NCBI GenBank assembly: GCA_023430885.1
Contig: JAEYYH010000026.1
Coordinates: 19,599 to 83,598, forward strand
Length of the DNA: 64,000 nt
Direction: 5' to 3'
Source: Bacillota bacterium
Lineage (GTDB): Bacteria > Bacillota_I > Bacilli_A > RF39 > UBA660
Shown here: positions 36,114-48,808 of the stretch, one piece after another
Layout of the letters: each line of letters begins with the position of its first letter
Position numbering within the stretch: position 1 is the stretch's first letter
Position numbers and translations under genes: made by a program
Notes under the pieces: model-generated
What the model saw: the letters and a program-made list of their open reading frames with translations, nothing else
Database searches by the model: none
What the model was told of the DNA's origin: nothing

Positions 36114-38729
36114 ATGAATAAAAAGAAAGGTTTTACATTGGTAGAAATACTGGCTGTTGTAATAATACTTGGGGTTATAAGTATTATTGTTTATCCAGTT
36201 CTTAATAAAGTCTTAAAAGATAATAGAAAAAGAGCATTTGAGGCTAGTCTAAATGCAGTAGTTAGAGCAGCTGAATTATATAAAACAGATAATAATAATG
36301 TTTTGGGTATATTTGATTACGATGACGAAAATATTGATATAAGTAATCTAGGTAAATGGCAAGCAGGAACTTTAACTGATTCTGTTGATACTGATGGAAA
36401 TACAAAAATATATCTTACGGGATTTTATGATGGTGAATTTTGTGCCACTGGTTATGAAGGTAACTTCACAATAATTGAAGGAAAGTGTGTGGAAACACCT
36501 GAATTATGTTTCATTATGAAAAATAACGAAATTATACAATATGAATTTGACTATAGTGCATGTCCAACGAATGTTAATATTCCTACTAGCATTGATGGTC
36601 AGGATGTTTTATATATAGGCGAAGGTGTTTTTGAAAGTTCACCTATAGCTTCTGTAATTATTCCTAATAGTATTAAAGAAATTAGAGATAATGCTTTTAA
36701 TGATAGTGCCTTGACATCACTTGATTTGACTAATGCTACATCTCTTCAAATAATTGGTTCTGGGGCATTTGAATATACACACTTAACTAATGTAGATTTT
36801 ACCAATCTTACAAGTTTAGTAGAAATAAAAGGTGCGGCTTTTGAATATTCTGGACTAACAGGAACTTTAGATTTAACAAACTCTACAAATTTAACAAGGA
36901 TATGGCCATATTCATTTGAAGAAAATCAAATATCTTCAGTTAAATTAAGTGGTTTAACTCATCTTGAAAGAATTGGAGAATATGCTTTTGAAGAAAATAA
37001 TATAACAGGAGTTTTAGAATTAACAAACATGCCAGCATTAGTATCATTAGATGATGGTGCTTTTAGCAATAATAATATAACAAGTATTAATCTAACAAGC
37101 ACTAATGTTCTAGAAAGCATTGGTCAAAATGCTTTTGCATATAATGATATTACTAATATTAATGTAGATACAATTAATAATATAATGTGGTTAGGAGCAT
37201 ATGCTTTTGCATATAATGATTTAACTAGTTTCAGTTTAACGTTATTTCCAAATATCGATTATGTTTCAGCTGGTGTAGTTAATAATAATCAGCTATCTAA
37301 TAGTGAAGCCTTCATATATAATGTAGTTAATGGAACAATAGAGCCTAGTATTTTGATATCATACGGTGGTGCAAGTAGAAGTAATATTGTAATACCTAGC
37401 ACTGTAGTATCAATAGGTGAGAATACTTTTTATAGTCAGGGTATAACAAGTGTTGACTTTAGTCAGGCTACTGGATTAACAAATATTGATTATTATGCAT
37501 TCGCTTCCAATAATTTAACTACAATAACATTACCTAGTACGTTAATAGAAATAGGTCAATATGCATTTTCTGAAAATCAACTAGTTAGTATTACTATTCC
37601 AGAAAATACAACAACAATAGATGATTATGCATTTTACTCTAACAGATTAACTTCTGTAACATTACCCAGCACATTATTAGGAATAGGACAATATGCATTT
37701 GCTTACAATCAATTAGCTAATATTACTATTCCAGGTAATACAACAACAATAGAAAACTATGCATTTAAAAGTAATGCTACTTGGCAAACAATAACAATCT
37801 TATCTAATGGGGTAAATAGTACATTGAGATTTAATTATGTTTGGGCTGATATTGGTTGGCCAATGGAAAAAATTCCTACTGTAGAAGTATTATCAACTCT
37901 TTCTACAGCAGCCCAAAATAATTTTGATTTTCAAAATTTTACATATTATAAAGTTGCTGTACCAACAAGTGGGCAATACAAATTTGAGGTATGGGGAGCC
38001 CAAGGAGGTTGTAACAGTGGTGGCAAAGGTGGATATTCTACCGGCTTAGTACAATTAAATAGTGGAGATACCTTATATGTTTATGTTGGTGGTAAAGGTT
38101 TGTGTTCAAGCGAAACTAGTTCTAGTCTAATGGGGGGATTTAATGGTGGCGGATTTGCTTATAAAAATAGTTATACCGCTGGTTCTGGAGGCGGTGCTAC
38201 CGACATAAGAGTAACAACTAATTCATTATATGCCCGTGTGATTGTTGCCGGTGGCGGCGGTGGTTATAGTTCTGTTGGCGGTTATACTGGCGGTTTTGGT
38301 GGAGGTTTAGTAGGTGGTTCAACATATAACAATGCTACATTTTCAGCTGGTGGTGGAACTCAAATAAATGGTGGGGTAAATGGCTGTTATTCTAATGGAA
38401 ATGGTAAATTTGGATTTGGTGGTTCATACGGTTCTGCTTGTGGTTCACTTTGGGGATATCCAATTTCTGGTGGTGGATCAGGTTGGTATGGTGGTGGAAG
38501 CACCAGCATAAGTGCCGGCGGTGGTTCTGGTTGGATTTACACATCAACAGACTTTACAAATTGGCAATCAGGAAATGCAACAGATGCAGCACAATGGTTA
38601 TTAAATAGTTCATATTATTTATTAAGTGCACAAACAATTGCGGGTAATCTTGCAATTACTAATCCAGATGGTAGCAGTGTTACAGGTCATGCAGGTAATG
38701 GTTACGCCAGAATAACATTTATAGCTTAA
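36114..38729 (+). CDS. Modular type IV pilin: prepilin leader plus pilin domain, BspA-type leucine-rich repeats, C-terminal Gly-rich domain
   Basis: MNKKKG|FTLVEIL class III signal. Pilin D-region FCATGYEGNFTIIEGKC. More than 15 LRR_5-like repeats (L..IG..AF....LT.I). C-terminal 250 aa is Gly-rich and ends GNGYARITFIA. Confidence 0.65.
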   Translation: MNKKKGFTLVEILAVVIILGVISIIVYPVLNKVLKDNRKRAFEASLNAVVRAAELYKTDNNNVLGIFDYDDENIDISNLGKWQAGTLTDSVDTDGNTKIYLTGFYDGEFCATGYEGNFTIIEGKCVETPELCFIMKNNEIIQYEFDYSACPTNVNIPTSIDGQDVLYIGEGVFESSPIASVIIPNSIKEIRDNAFNDSALTSLDLTNATSLQIIGSGAFEYTHLTNVDFTNLTSLVEIKGAAFEYSGLTGTLDLTNSTNLTRIWPYSFEENQISSVKLSGLTHLERIGEYAFEENNITGVLELTNMPALVSLDDGAFSNNNITSINLTSTNVLESIGQNAFAYNDITNINVDTINNIMWLGAYAFAYNDLTSFSLTLFPNIDYVSAGVVNNNQLSNSEAFIYNVVNGTIEPSILISYGGASRSNIVIPSTVVSIGENTFYSQGITSVDFSQATGLTNIDYYAFASNNLTTITLPSTLIEIGQYAFSENQLVSITIPENTTTIDDYAFYSNRLTSVTLPSTLLGIGQYAFAYNQLANITIPGNTTTIENYAFKSNATWQTITILSNGVNSTLRFNYVWADIGWPMEKIPTVEVLSTLSTAAQNNFDFQNFTYYKVAVPTSGQYKFEVWGAQGGCNSGGKGGYSTGLVQLNSGDTLYVYVGGKGLCSSETSSSLMGGFNGGGFAYKNSYTAGSGGGATDIRVTTNSLYARVIVAGGGGGYSSVGGYTGGFGGGLVGGSTYNNATFSAGGGTQINGGVNGCYSNGNGKFGFGGSYGSACGSLWGYPISGGGSGWYGGGSTSISAGGGSGWIYTSTDFTNWQSGNATDAAQWLLNSSYYLLSAQTIAGNLAITNPDGSSVTGHAGNGYARITFIA

Positions 38730-38730
38730 A

Positions 38731-38751
38731 AAGGTCTATGACCTTTTTTTC
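38731..38751 (+). terminator. Rho-independent terminator (AAAGGTCTATGACCTTTTTTT)
   Basis: Hairpin plus T-run directly after the stop codon. Confidence 0.5.
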
Positions 38752-38796
38752 TTGAAAAATAAAGAAATAAAAGATATAATGTATAAAGGTGATTTT

Positions 38797-39769
38797 ATGT
38801 TTAAAATAAAGAATTTAGAAATAAAAAACAATGTCGTTCTAGCACCAATGGCGGGCATTTGTAATAGTGCATATAGAACTATTATAAAAGATATGGGATG
38901 CGGACTTATATATGCCGAAATGGTAAGTGATAAAGCGATAACATATGGTAGTAAAAAAACTATAGATATGCTTTATATGACAGATTATGAAAGACCAATT
39001 GCTCAACAAATATTTGGTAGCGATAAAGAATCATTTGTTCTTAGTGCTAAATATATATATGAAAATATGAAACCGGATATAATAGATATTAATATGGGTT
39101 GTCCTGTACCAAAAGTAGCAGTCCGTGCACAAGCAGGAAGTGCTCTATTAAAGAGTCCAGATAAAGTTAAAGAAATAGTAGAAGCAGTTGTTAAGGCTGT
39201 TCCTGTCCCTGTTACAGTCAAAATTAGAAGTGGTTGGGATGATAAGAGTATAAATGCAGTAGAAATTGCTAAAATAGTAGAGAAAGCTGGGGCTTCTGCT
39301 ATTACGATTCATCCTAGAACTAGAGCACAGGGATATAGCGGAAATGCAAACTGGGATATAATAAAGCAAGTTAAAGATGCTGTTTCAATTCCTGTTATTG
39401 GAAATGGAGATATAAAGTCCTGTTATGATGCCAAACGTATGCTTGATGAAACTGGATGTGATGCTGTAATGATAGGTAGAGGTGTACTTGGTAATCCTTG
39501 GCTTATAAAAGAGTGTATCGATTATATTGAAAAAGGAATAGAACCTCAAAAAGTACCTGTAGAAGCAAAAATAGATATGATAAAACATCATATTAATTTA
39601 CTTAGAAAAACTAAGTGTGACAAGCTAGCTTTACTTGAAATAAGAAGCCATGCTACTTGGTATTTAAAGGGGATAAAAAATAGTAGTGGTTTACGAAGTG
39701 AAATTTGTCACGCAGCAAGTATTAATGAATTATTAAATATGTTAGATACTTTTTTAAAGGAGAAAAAAT

Positions 39770-39780
<11 letters not shown>
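38797..39780 (+). CDS. dus: tRNA-dihydrouridine synthase (DusB-like)
   Basis: MFKIKNLEIKNNVVLAPMAG start after RBS AAGGTGAT. Catalytic Cys in NMGCPVPK, TIM-barrel FMN motifs. Confidence 0.8.
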
Positions 39781-41855
<2,075 letters not shown>

Positions 41856-41863
41856 GAGGAAGT

Positions 41864-43042
41864 ATGAAAGTATTATCAGTTAACGCAGGTAGTTCATCAT
41901 TAAAATTTCAAATGTATGAAATGCCAGAAGAAAAAGTTTTAATTTCAGGAGTATTCGAAAGAATAGGTATAGACGGAAGTTTTTATACAATTAAAATAAA
42001 TGGTGAAAAAATAAAGAAAGAAGTTTCTTTATCAAATCATAAAGTGGCTTTTGAAATTTTAGTTAAAGAATTATTAGATAATAAAGTAGTAGAAAATTTA
42101 GATGAAATAAAAGGTATTGGCCATAGGGTAGTTCAAGGTGGCGATTATTTTGATAAAACTGTAGTTGTTGATGAGGATGTTATTGCTAAAATAGATGAAT
42201 TATCATCTTTAGCACCACTTCATAATCCTGCTGCTATAACAGGTATTAAAGCAGCCCAAGCTGTAATTAAATATGCTGTTCAAACTGCTGTATTTGACAC
42301 TGCTTTTCATCAAACAATGGATGAAGTGAATTATATGTATGCTGTACCTTATTCATGGTATACAGATTATAAAATAAGAAGATATGGCGCTCATGGTACA
42401 AGTCATAAATATGTATCAGTTAGAATGAACGAGATATTGGGCAGATTAAATACAAAGCTAATTACATGTCATATTGGAAATGGTGCTAGTATAAGTGCAG
42501 TTTCTAATGGCAAATGTATTAATACATCAATGGGACTTACACCTAATGCTGGTTTAATAATGGGATCTCGTTGTGGTGATATAGATGCTACTATAGTTCC
42601 ATATATAATGAATAAAACTGGAATGACACCTAATGAAGTAGACACTGCTTTAAATAAGCAAAGCGGTTTACTTGGAATAAGTGGAGTTAGTAGTGATTCT
42701 AGAGATGTTGAAGCAGGAATAAATGATGGAAATGATAGATGTTTACTTGCTCAAAAAATGTATGTTAGAAGAGTAATTGATTATATTGCCAAATACTATG
42801 TTGAGCTTGGTGGAGCAGATGCCATTGTATTTACAGCTGGAGTTGGTGAAAATTCAATTAGTACTAGAAGAGAAATTATGGATGGTTTAAAAGTTTTAGG
42901 AGTAGAAGTAGATGAAGAAGCAAATGAAACTCGTGGACAAGAAATAATGATTAGTACAAAAGAATCAAAAATTCCATGTTATGTAATACCAACTGATGAA
43001 GAGGTAATGATTGCAAGAGACACATATGATTTTATAAAATAG
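41864..43042 (+). CDS. ackA: Acetate kinase
   Basis: MKVLSVNAGSSSLKFQ, HLGNG, VHGGG-like motifs. Confidence 0.92.
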   Translation: MKVLSVNAGSSSLKFQMYEMPEEKVLISGVFERIGIDGSFYTIKINGEKIKKEVSLSNHKVAFEILVKELLDNKVVENLDEIKGIGHRVVQGGDYFDKTVVVDEDVIAKIDELSSLAPLHNPAAITGIKAAQAVIKYAVQTAVFDTAFHQTMDEVNYMYAVPYSWYTDYKIRRYGAHGTSHKYVSVRMNEILGRLNTKLITCHIGNGASISAVSNGKCINTSMGLTPNAGLIMGSRCGDIDATIVPYIMNKTGMTPNEVDTALNKQSGLLGISGVSSDSRDVEAGINDGNDRCLLAQKMYVRRVIDYIAKYYVELGGADAIVFTAGVGENSISTRREIMDGLKVLGVEVDEEANETRGQEIMISTKESKIPCYVIPTDEEVMIARDTYDFIK

Positions 43043-43058
43043 GAAGTAGTCGATAAAG

Positions 43059-44018
43059 ATGAATAATAAGTACTATAAAATATATCGCAAGATAAAAAAA
43101 TATAATACAATAGTAATTGCTAGACATGTAGGAGCAGACCCTGATGCTTTAGGTAGTCAGATGGCATTAAAAACAGCCATCCTTGATAAGTTTCCTAAAA
43201 AGAAGGTTTATGCTGTTGGAGCACCAGCTTCGACATTTAAATATTTAGGAACACTTGATAGGTTTAGCGAAGAAATGTATGAAAACAGTTTACTTATTGT
43301 TTTAGACACTCCTGATGCAAAAAGAGTAGATGGGGTTATGCCAGAACAATTTAAATATTCAATAAAAATTGATCATCATCCATTTGTAGATGAGTTTTGT
43401 AAAATAGAATGGATTGATGATAGTGCTAGTAGTGCATCACAACTAGTATTAGAATTAATTAATAAGACACCATTAAAATTAACAAAAGAAGTAGCAGAAA
43501 AAATATTTGTTGGAATAGTAGCAGATACGAACAGGTTTCTATTTAAATATACTACTCCAAAAACATTTAAATTGGTATCTAATATGATTAAGGATACTGA
43601 TTTGGAATTTACTGAATTATACGAAAGTTTATATTTGAGACCTATAAAAGAAATTAGATTTCAAGGTTATATTGCTGATAATATGACAGTAACAGCCAAT
43701 GGTTTTGGCTATATGAAAATTAGTAATGATGAACTTAAAAAATATAATGTTGATGCAGCAACTGCTGGAAATATGGTTAATAATTTTAACTATATAAATG
43801 AAGTATATGCATGGGCGATATTTTCAGAGGATGTAGCAAATGATGTTATAAGAGGTTCAATTAGATCAAGAGGACCAATAATTAATGAAGTTGCTTCACA
43901 CTTTGGTGGTGGTGGCCACATATTTGCTAGTGGTGTACGTTTAAAATCTGAAGAAGATAATGACAAATTAATAGCTGAACTAGATGAAGCTTGCCGCATT
44001 TATGCAAAAGAGAAATAG
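43059..44018 (+). CDS. nrnA: DHH/DHHA1 phosphoesterase (NrnA-like nanoRNase / pAp phosphatase)
   Basis: IARHVGADPDALGS (DHH) and C-terminal GGGH (DHHA1). Confidence 0.75.
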   Translation: MNNKYYKIYRKIKKYNTIVIARHVGADPDALGSQMALKTAILDKFPKKKVYAVGAPASTFKYLGTLDRFSEEMYENSLLIVLDTPDAKRVDGVMPEQFKYSIKIDHHPFVDEFCKIEWIDDSASSASQLVLELINKTPLKLTKEVAEKIFVGIVADTNRFLFKYTTPKTFKLVSNMIKDTDLEFTELYESLYLRPIKEIRFQGYIADNMTVTANGFGYMKISNDELKKYNVDAATAGNMVNNFNYINEVYAWAIFSEDVANDVIRGSIRSRGPIINEVASHFGGGGHIFASGVRLKSEEDNDKLIAELDEACRIYAKEK

Positions 44019-44101
44019 ATAATTCTATTTCTCTTTTATATTACAAAAATGTTATTTTATTTTGTGAACATTTCGTGTATAATTTATATAGGAGGATAGT
44101 T

Positions 44102-45718
44102 ATGAAAAACAAAGTTATTAATGAAAAAAAACAAAGCAACATTGTAATAAATCTTATTATTACAATAGTTTCAGCCTTAGTTATATATTTCTTCTTTTTA
44201 CCTGCACTTAATCTAAGTAGTATAGGTTTTTGGATATATATAATAATTATAATAGGTATTTTTACAGTCCTAGGATTAATTCCTAATGTTGACTCAAAGG
44301 GAAGATTGACTGGTAGTATGAAATCATTATCAATTTGTGGTATAACAATAGTTACTATATTCGTAGGAATATTTTTAATTAATTTTATATTATCACCATT
44401 ATTTTCTTCAAAGAAATATTCAGAGCGTATTTCTGTAAATGAAGATGGTAATTTTTTAGAAGATATAGAATTAGTAGATTTTAATACTTTACCACTTCTT
44501 GATAAAGATTCAAGTCAAAAATTAGGCGACAGAGTTATGGGGCAGATGCCTGAATTAGTATCACAATTTTATGTATCTGATTTATATACTCAGATAAACT
44601 ATAATGATGATATAGTTAGAGTTACTCCACTTGAATATAATGGGTTCTTTAAGTATTTAGCAAATCATAAAAATGGTGTTACTGGATATATTACAGTTAA
44701 TTCTGTAACTGGAGCATCAGAACTTACTAAATTAGATAAAGGTATGAAATATATGCCTTCAGCTATTTTAATGGAAAATCTTAATAGAAAACTAAGATTC
44801 AGTTATCCAACAAAAATATTTGGTGAAAAAACATTTGAACTTGATAATGATGGTAATCCATATTGGATAGTACCTTCTATAAAGTATTCTGGTATCGAAC
44901 TTCTTGAAGAAGTAGAGGGTGTTATAATTTTAGACCCGATAACTGGTAAGTCTGATTATTATGATGTAAAAGATGTTCCGACTTGGGTAGATCATGTTTA
45001 TAGTGCAGATCTAATTGTTGAACAATTAGATGACTGGGGACAATATAAAGATGGATTTTTAAATAGTGTGTTTGGTCAAAAGAATGTTACTATGACAACT
45101 GATGGTTATAACTATATGGTTATGAATGATGATGTATATTTATATACTGGTATCACTTCAGTTGCAAGTGACGAATCAAATCTAGGATTTATTTTAACAA
45201 ATATGCGTACAAAAGAAACAATTTTTTATCCAGTACCAGGTGCTGAAGAATTTAGTGCTATGGCAAGTGCTGAAGGACAAGTACAACAAATGAAATATAC
45301 AGCTTCATTCCCATTATTAATTAATTTAAATGGAAAAGCTACGTATTTATTATCTTTAAAAGATGATGCTGGACTTGTAAAAATGTATGCTTTTGTAGAT
45401 GTAGCTGATTATCAAAAGGTTGTTGTTACAGATGCTTCAGAAGGTATAGAAAAGGCTGCACAAAATTATTTGGGCGAATCTTCTATAGAGGTAGATGAGG
45501 ATACACTTACAACAAAAGAGATAACAGTAAGCAGTGTTACAACTGCTATAATCAATGGCTATACATATTACTATATAACAGACACAGCTAATCAAAAATA
45601 TATGGTATCAATAACAGCTAACAAAGAATTATTACCATTTGTAGGTAAGGATACAAAAGTAACTGTTTCATATCAAAAAACTGATGCAAATGTTATAACT
45701 TTAACAAAGATTAAATAA
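44102..45718 (+). CDS. Membrane protein with 3-4 N-terminal TM helices and ~400-aa extracellular domain (hypothetical); start ATG 44102
   Basis: Hydrophobic N-terminus, no recognisable catalytic motif. Confidence 0.45.
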   Translation: MKNKVINEKKQSNIVINLIITIVSALVIYFFFLPALNLSSIGFWIYIIIIIGIFTVLGLIPNVDSKGRLTGSMKSLSICGITIVTIFVGIFLINFILSPLFSSKKYSERISVNEDGNFLEDIELVDFNTLPLLDKDSSQKLGDRVMGQMPELVSQFYVSDLYTQINYNDDIVRVTPLEYNGFFKYLANHKNGVTGYITVNSVTGASELTKLDKGMKYMPSAILMENLNRKLRFSYPTKIFGEKTFELDNDGNPYWIVPSIKYSGIELLEEVEGVIILDPITGKSDYYDVKDVPTWVDHVYSADLIVEQLDDWGQYKDGFLNSVFGQKNVTMTTDGYNYMVMNDDVYLYTGITSVASDESNLGFILTNMRTKETIFYPVPGAEEFSAMASAEGQVQQMKYTASFPLLINLNGKATYLLSLKDDAGLVKMYAFVDVADYQKVVVTDASEGIEKAAQNYLGESSIEVDEDTLTTKEITVSSVTTAIINGYTYYYITDTANQKYMVSITANKELLPFVGKDTKVTVSYQKTDANVITLTKIK

Positions 45719-45721
45719 ATA

Positions 45722-45748
45722 AAAAAGACTTAATTAAGTCTTTTTTTG
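45722..45748. terminator. Bidirectional terminator (AAGACTTAATTAAGTCTT palindrome with A/T runs)
   Basis: Perfect palindrome read in sequence. Confidence 0.55.
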
Positions 45749-46003
45749 TTTATACATTTTTTCTTCAATAGAACTACCTAGATATGATCCAATCATTGCA
45801 CCTAGACAAAAAAAGAAAATTTTATATGGATTACTATCAACGTTTATAAGAACCATACTGGTACTTAATATCCAAATTAAAGATATTAATCCATTTAATA
45901 TAGCCCCAGTCATCTTCTTGTTTTTCGCAATAACAATTATCCTAACTGTACCAAGCATATTTTCAATAATTTTATTAATAAATATAATTAAACATATAAT
46001 CAT
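45734..46003 (-). CDS. Small two-TM membrane protein (hypothetical)
   Basis: 89-aa ORF with two hydrophobic segments; weak support. Confidence 0.3.
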   Translation of the reverse strand: MIICLIIFINKIIENMLGTVRIIVIAKNKKMTGAILNGLISLIWILSTSMVLINVDSNPYKIFFFCLGAMIGSYLGSSIEEKMYKQKKT

Positions 46004-46160
46004 ACAATCACCATTCTATTATGTACTTATATAATAAATCTTAACCATAGTAATTGCATATTTGAAATATTTTATATAATATACTTCTATTTAATGAATG
46101 ACTTCTTTTTATTATAGAAAACTTTTATAATGTACATAATAAAATAATAGGAGGAATTGT

Positions 46161-46559
46161 ATGAAAATAATTAATAAAGAGTCAGTAACTTACAAAAAAG
46201 GTTTTACGCTAATAGAATTAATTGCTGTAATTTTATTAATAGGCATAATTTCATTAATAACAGTGCCAACAGTATCAAATATAATACAAGAATCAAAAGA
46301 AAAAGCTTTTAAAGCACAAGCAATATATATATTTGAAGCTACGATGATATATTTATATGATAATGATTATGCTGATATACCATCAGAGGGACTTGATGTC
46401 ACTATAATAAATAGTATAGATCCAAATCCTTTTATAACCGGATATGTATTTAGAAATGCCAGTGGTAAATTTGAAATCGCTTATGTAAGTGATGGAAATT
46501 ATTGTGCAAATGGTGAAAAAAATAATTTAGTAATAACAAGAGGAACTTGTGATGTATAA
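46161..46559 (+). CDS. Minimal type IV (pseudo)pilin with prepilin cleavage/methylation signal
   Basis: YKKG|FTLIELIAVILLIGIISLITVP. D-region DGNYCANGEKNNLVITRGTC. Confidence 0.7.
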   Translation: MKIINKESVTYKKGFTLIELIAVILLIGIISLITVPTVSNIIQESKEKAFKAQAIYIFEATMIYLYDNDYADIPSEGLDVTIINSIDPNPFITGYVFRNASGKFEIAYVSDGNYCANGEKNNLVITRGTCDV

Positions 46560-46827
46560 AGCTTGATAAAATTCCATTATATTTGTGATTTCAAATTTTG
46601 TATGTTGTGTATTGCCTTCCATAATTTCCCATACTTTAAACAAAATATGTACATAATTATGTAATATACTTATAACAGTGGAGGTGATAAGAGAAAAATA
46701 ATAACAAACAAATATTAAAAATAATAATGTAAAACTTAAAATAAAATAATACACTCTAAAATATAAACGAAATGAAGGTGATAGATTAAAGAATAAAAAA
46801 ATGATATACTACTAATGAGGTGTTAAA

Positions 46828-47487
46828 ATGTATAAAATTTGTTTAGTAGAAGATGAAATCAATTTAAATAACCTTATTAAGAATTATTTAGAACATGAAA
46901 ATTATGAAGTAGTCCAAAAGTTTAGTGGAAATGAAGCTATAAATTATGTAGGGACAGAAAATATTGATCTATGGATTCTTGATATAATGCTTGGCGATGA
47001 TATAAGTGGTTATGATATAATCAAAAAAATAAGAGAAAAATCTCCTTTAGTTCCTGTGATATTTACATCAGCACGTGATCAAGATTTAGATAAAATAATT
47101 GGTCTAGAACTTGGAAGTGATGATTATGTTACAAAACCATATTCTCCTAAAGAGTTAGTTCTTAGAGTAAATAAGTTAATTGGTAGAGTTTATAATAAGG
47201 TTGAAGAAAAACTTAGATATGAAAATTATGAAATAGATGCTACAAAAAGAGAAGTCGTTGCTAGCGGCAAAGAAGTAAAATTAACAACACTTGAATTTGA
47301 TTTATTGATGTTATTTATTAACAACAAAAACAAATCTTTTAGTAGAGAAGAAGTATTAACCAGTGTATGGGGGACAGATTATTTTGGAAGTGATAGGGTA
47401 GTTGATGACTTAGTAAGAAGACTAAGAAAAAAAATGCCTAATATGCGTATAAATACTTTGTATGGATATGGATATAGATTATCATGA
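46828..47487 (+). CDS. OmpR-family response regulator
   Basis: Receiver Asp in ILDIMLGD. Winged-helix C-terminus LTTLEFDLL...GYGYRL. Confidence 0.85.
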   Translation: MYKICLVEDEINLNNLIKNYLEHENYEVVQKFSGNEAINYVGTENIDLWILDIMLGDDISGYDIIKKIREKSPLVPVIFTSARDQDLDKIIGLELGSDDYVTKPYSPKELVLRVNKLIGRVYNKVEEKLRYENYEIDATKREVVASGKEVKLTTLEFDLLMLFINNKNKSFSREEVLTSVWGTDYFGSDRVVDDLVRRLRKKMPNMRINTLYGYGYRLS

Positions 47488-48749
47488 TAAAAAAATTCAA
47501 TTTGTCTAAACAATTACTATGTATAGTAATTGTAATATTTGGAGTAATAACTGTTGCAATAGGATATTTACTTCCTAAAGTATTACTACCAGTTTATGAA
47601 AGTAATATATATACAATTTTAAAGCAACCATTAGAATTTATGAACGATACTAACTTTGACGATTATGAATTTAATTCAGATATCGCTTATTTATATATAA
47701 CAAACGAAGGAAAAGTAATAGAGTCAACAAACTTAATCAATGTTATTAAAATATCTACTGAACAATTAATTAAAAGAATAGATAGTCAGTCTGGTAACTT
47801 TACTTATCTAGGCAGTAAATATTACTATATTGCTGAAACAGATAATTATGTTACAAAGATAGCTATAACTAATGATAATTATATAATAACAATAAAAGAG
47901 GAAATAATTGACACCATATTTCCTATACTACTCTTCACGCTATTAATAATAGTTGGACTTGTGTTATTGTGGTCTCAACTATTAATAAAAAAAATTGAAC
48001 GACTAAAAGAAAAAATAGATAATTTAGATAATGATAATTATACAGACAGGTTTAATTACTATTTCGATGATGAACTTAAATCTTTATCAATATCCATCGA
48101 TGATATGAAAGATACCCTAAAAGAACAAGAAGAATATAAAAATCAAATGTATCAAAATATATCGCATGATTTTAAAACACCACTTACTGTAATAAAATCA
48201 TATATAGAAGGTATGGAAGATGGTATTCAAGATAAAGATGAAGGTGCTAGAATCATCAGCGAACAGGTAAACAAATTAGAATTAAAAGTACACTCCTTAC
48301 TATATTTAAATAAATTAAATTATATAAAAGATTTAGACAATTATAAACATGAAACTACAGATGTCTCTCGGGTTATAACAGAATCTGTAGAAAAGTTTAA
48401 AATACAAAGGCCAGATGTTGAATGGGAAGTTAATATCATTGATAAAAAAAGTGATTTTAAAGGAACTTTTGATATGTGGGAAGCTATTATTGATAATTTA
48501 CTAAATAATTTTGTTCGCTATGCCGAAAAAAATATAAAAATAATTATTAAAAACAATAAAATAACCTTATATAACGATGGACCTAACATCGACCCTAATA
48601 TACTAAACGATATTTTTACTCCGTATAAAAAAGGTATAAAAGGACAATTTGGTTTGGGCTTATCAATAGTAAAGAAAACTATAATGCTTTTTGGTTATGA
48701 AATAACCGTTCATAACGAAAAGAAAGGAATTAGTTTTATAATTAAATAA
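47484..48749 (+). CDS. Sensor histidine kinase with ~120-aa extracytoplasmic sensor domain
   Basis: Two TM segments. H-box ISHDFKTPLT. HATPase N/G boxes (LLNNFVRYA, GLGLSIVK). Confidence 0.85.
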   Translation: MIKKFNLSKQLLCIVIVIFGVITVAIGYLLPKVLLPVYESNIYTILKQPLEFMNDTNFDDYEFNSDIAYLYITNEGKVIESTNLINVIKISTEQLIKRIDSQSGNFTYLGSKYYYIAETDNYVTKIAITNDNYIITIKEEIIDTIFPILLFTLLIIVGLVLLWSQLLIKKIERLKEKIDNLDNDNYTDRFNYYFDDELKSLSISIDDMKDTLKEQEEYKNQMYQNISHDFKTPLTVIKSYIEGMEDGIQDKDEGARIISEQVNKLELKVHSLLYLNKLNYIKDLDNYKHETTDVSRVITESVEKFKIQRPDVEWEVNIIDKKSDFKGTFDMWEAIIDNLLNNFVRYAEKNIKIIIKNNKITLYNDGPNIDPNILNDIFTPYKKGIKGQFGLGLSIVKKTIMLFGYEITVHNEKKGISFIIK

Positions 48750-48808
48750 AAGTAACGTAAGTTACTTTTTTTTATGTTATAATTATATTAAGATAGAGGA
48801 GAATTAAA

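Noticed and set aside
37950-38729. Gly-rich region as a possible diversity-generating retroelement target or collagen triple helix
   Set aside because: No reverse transcriptase or template repeat nearby. Gly spacing is not G-X-Y periodic.
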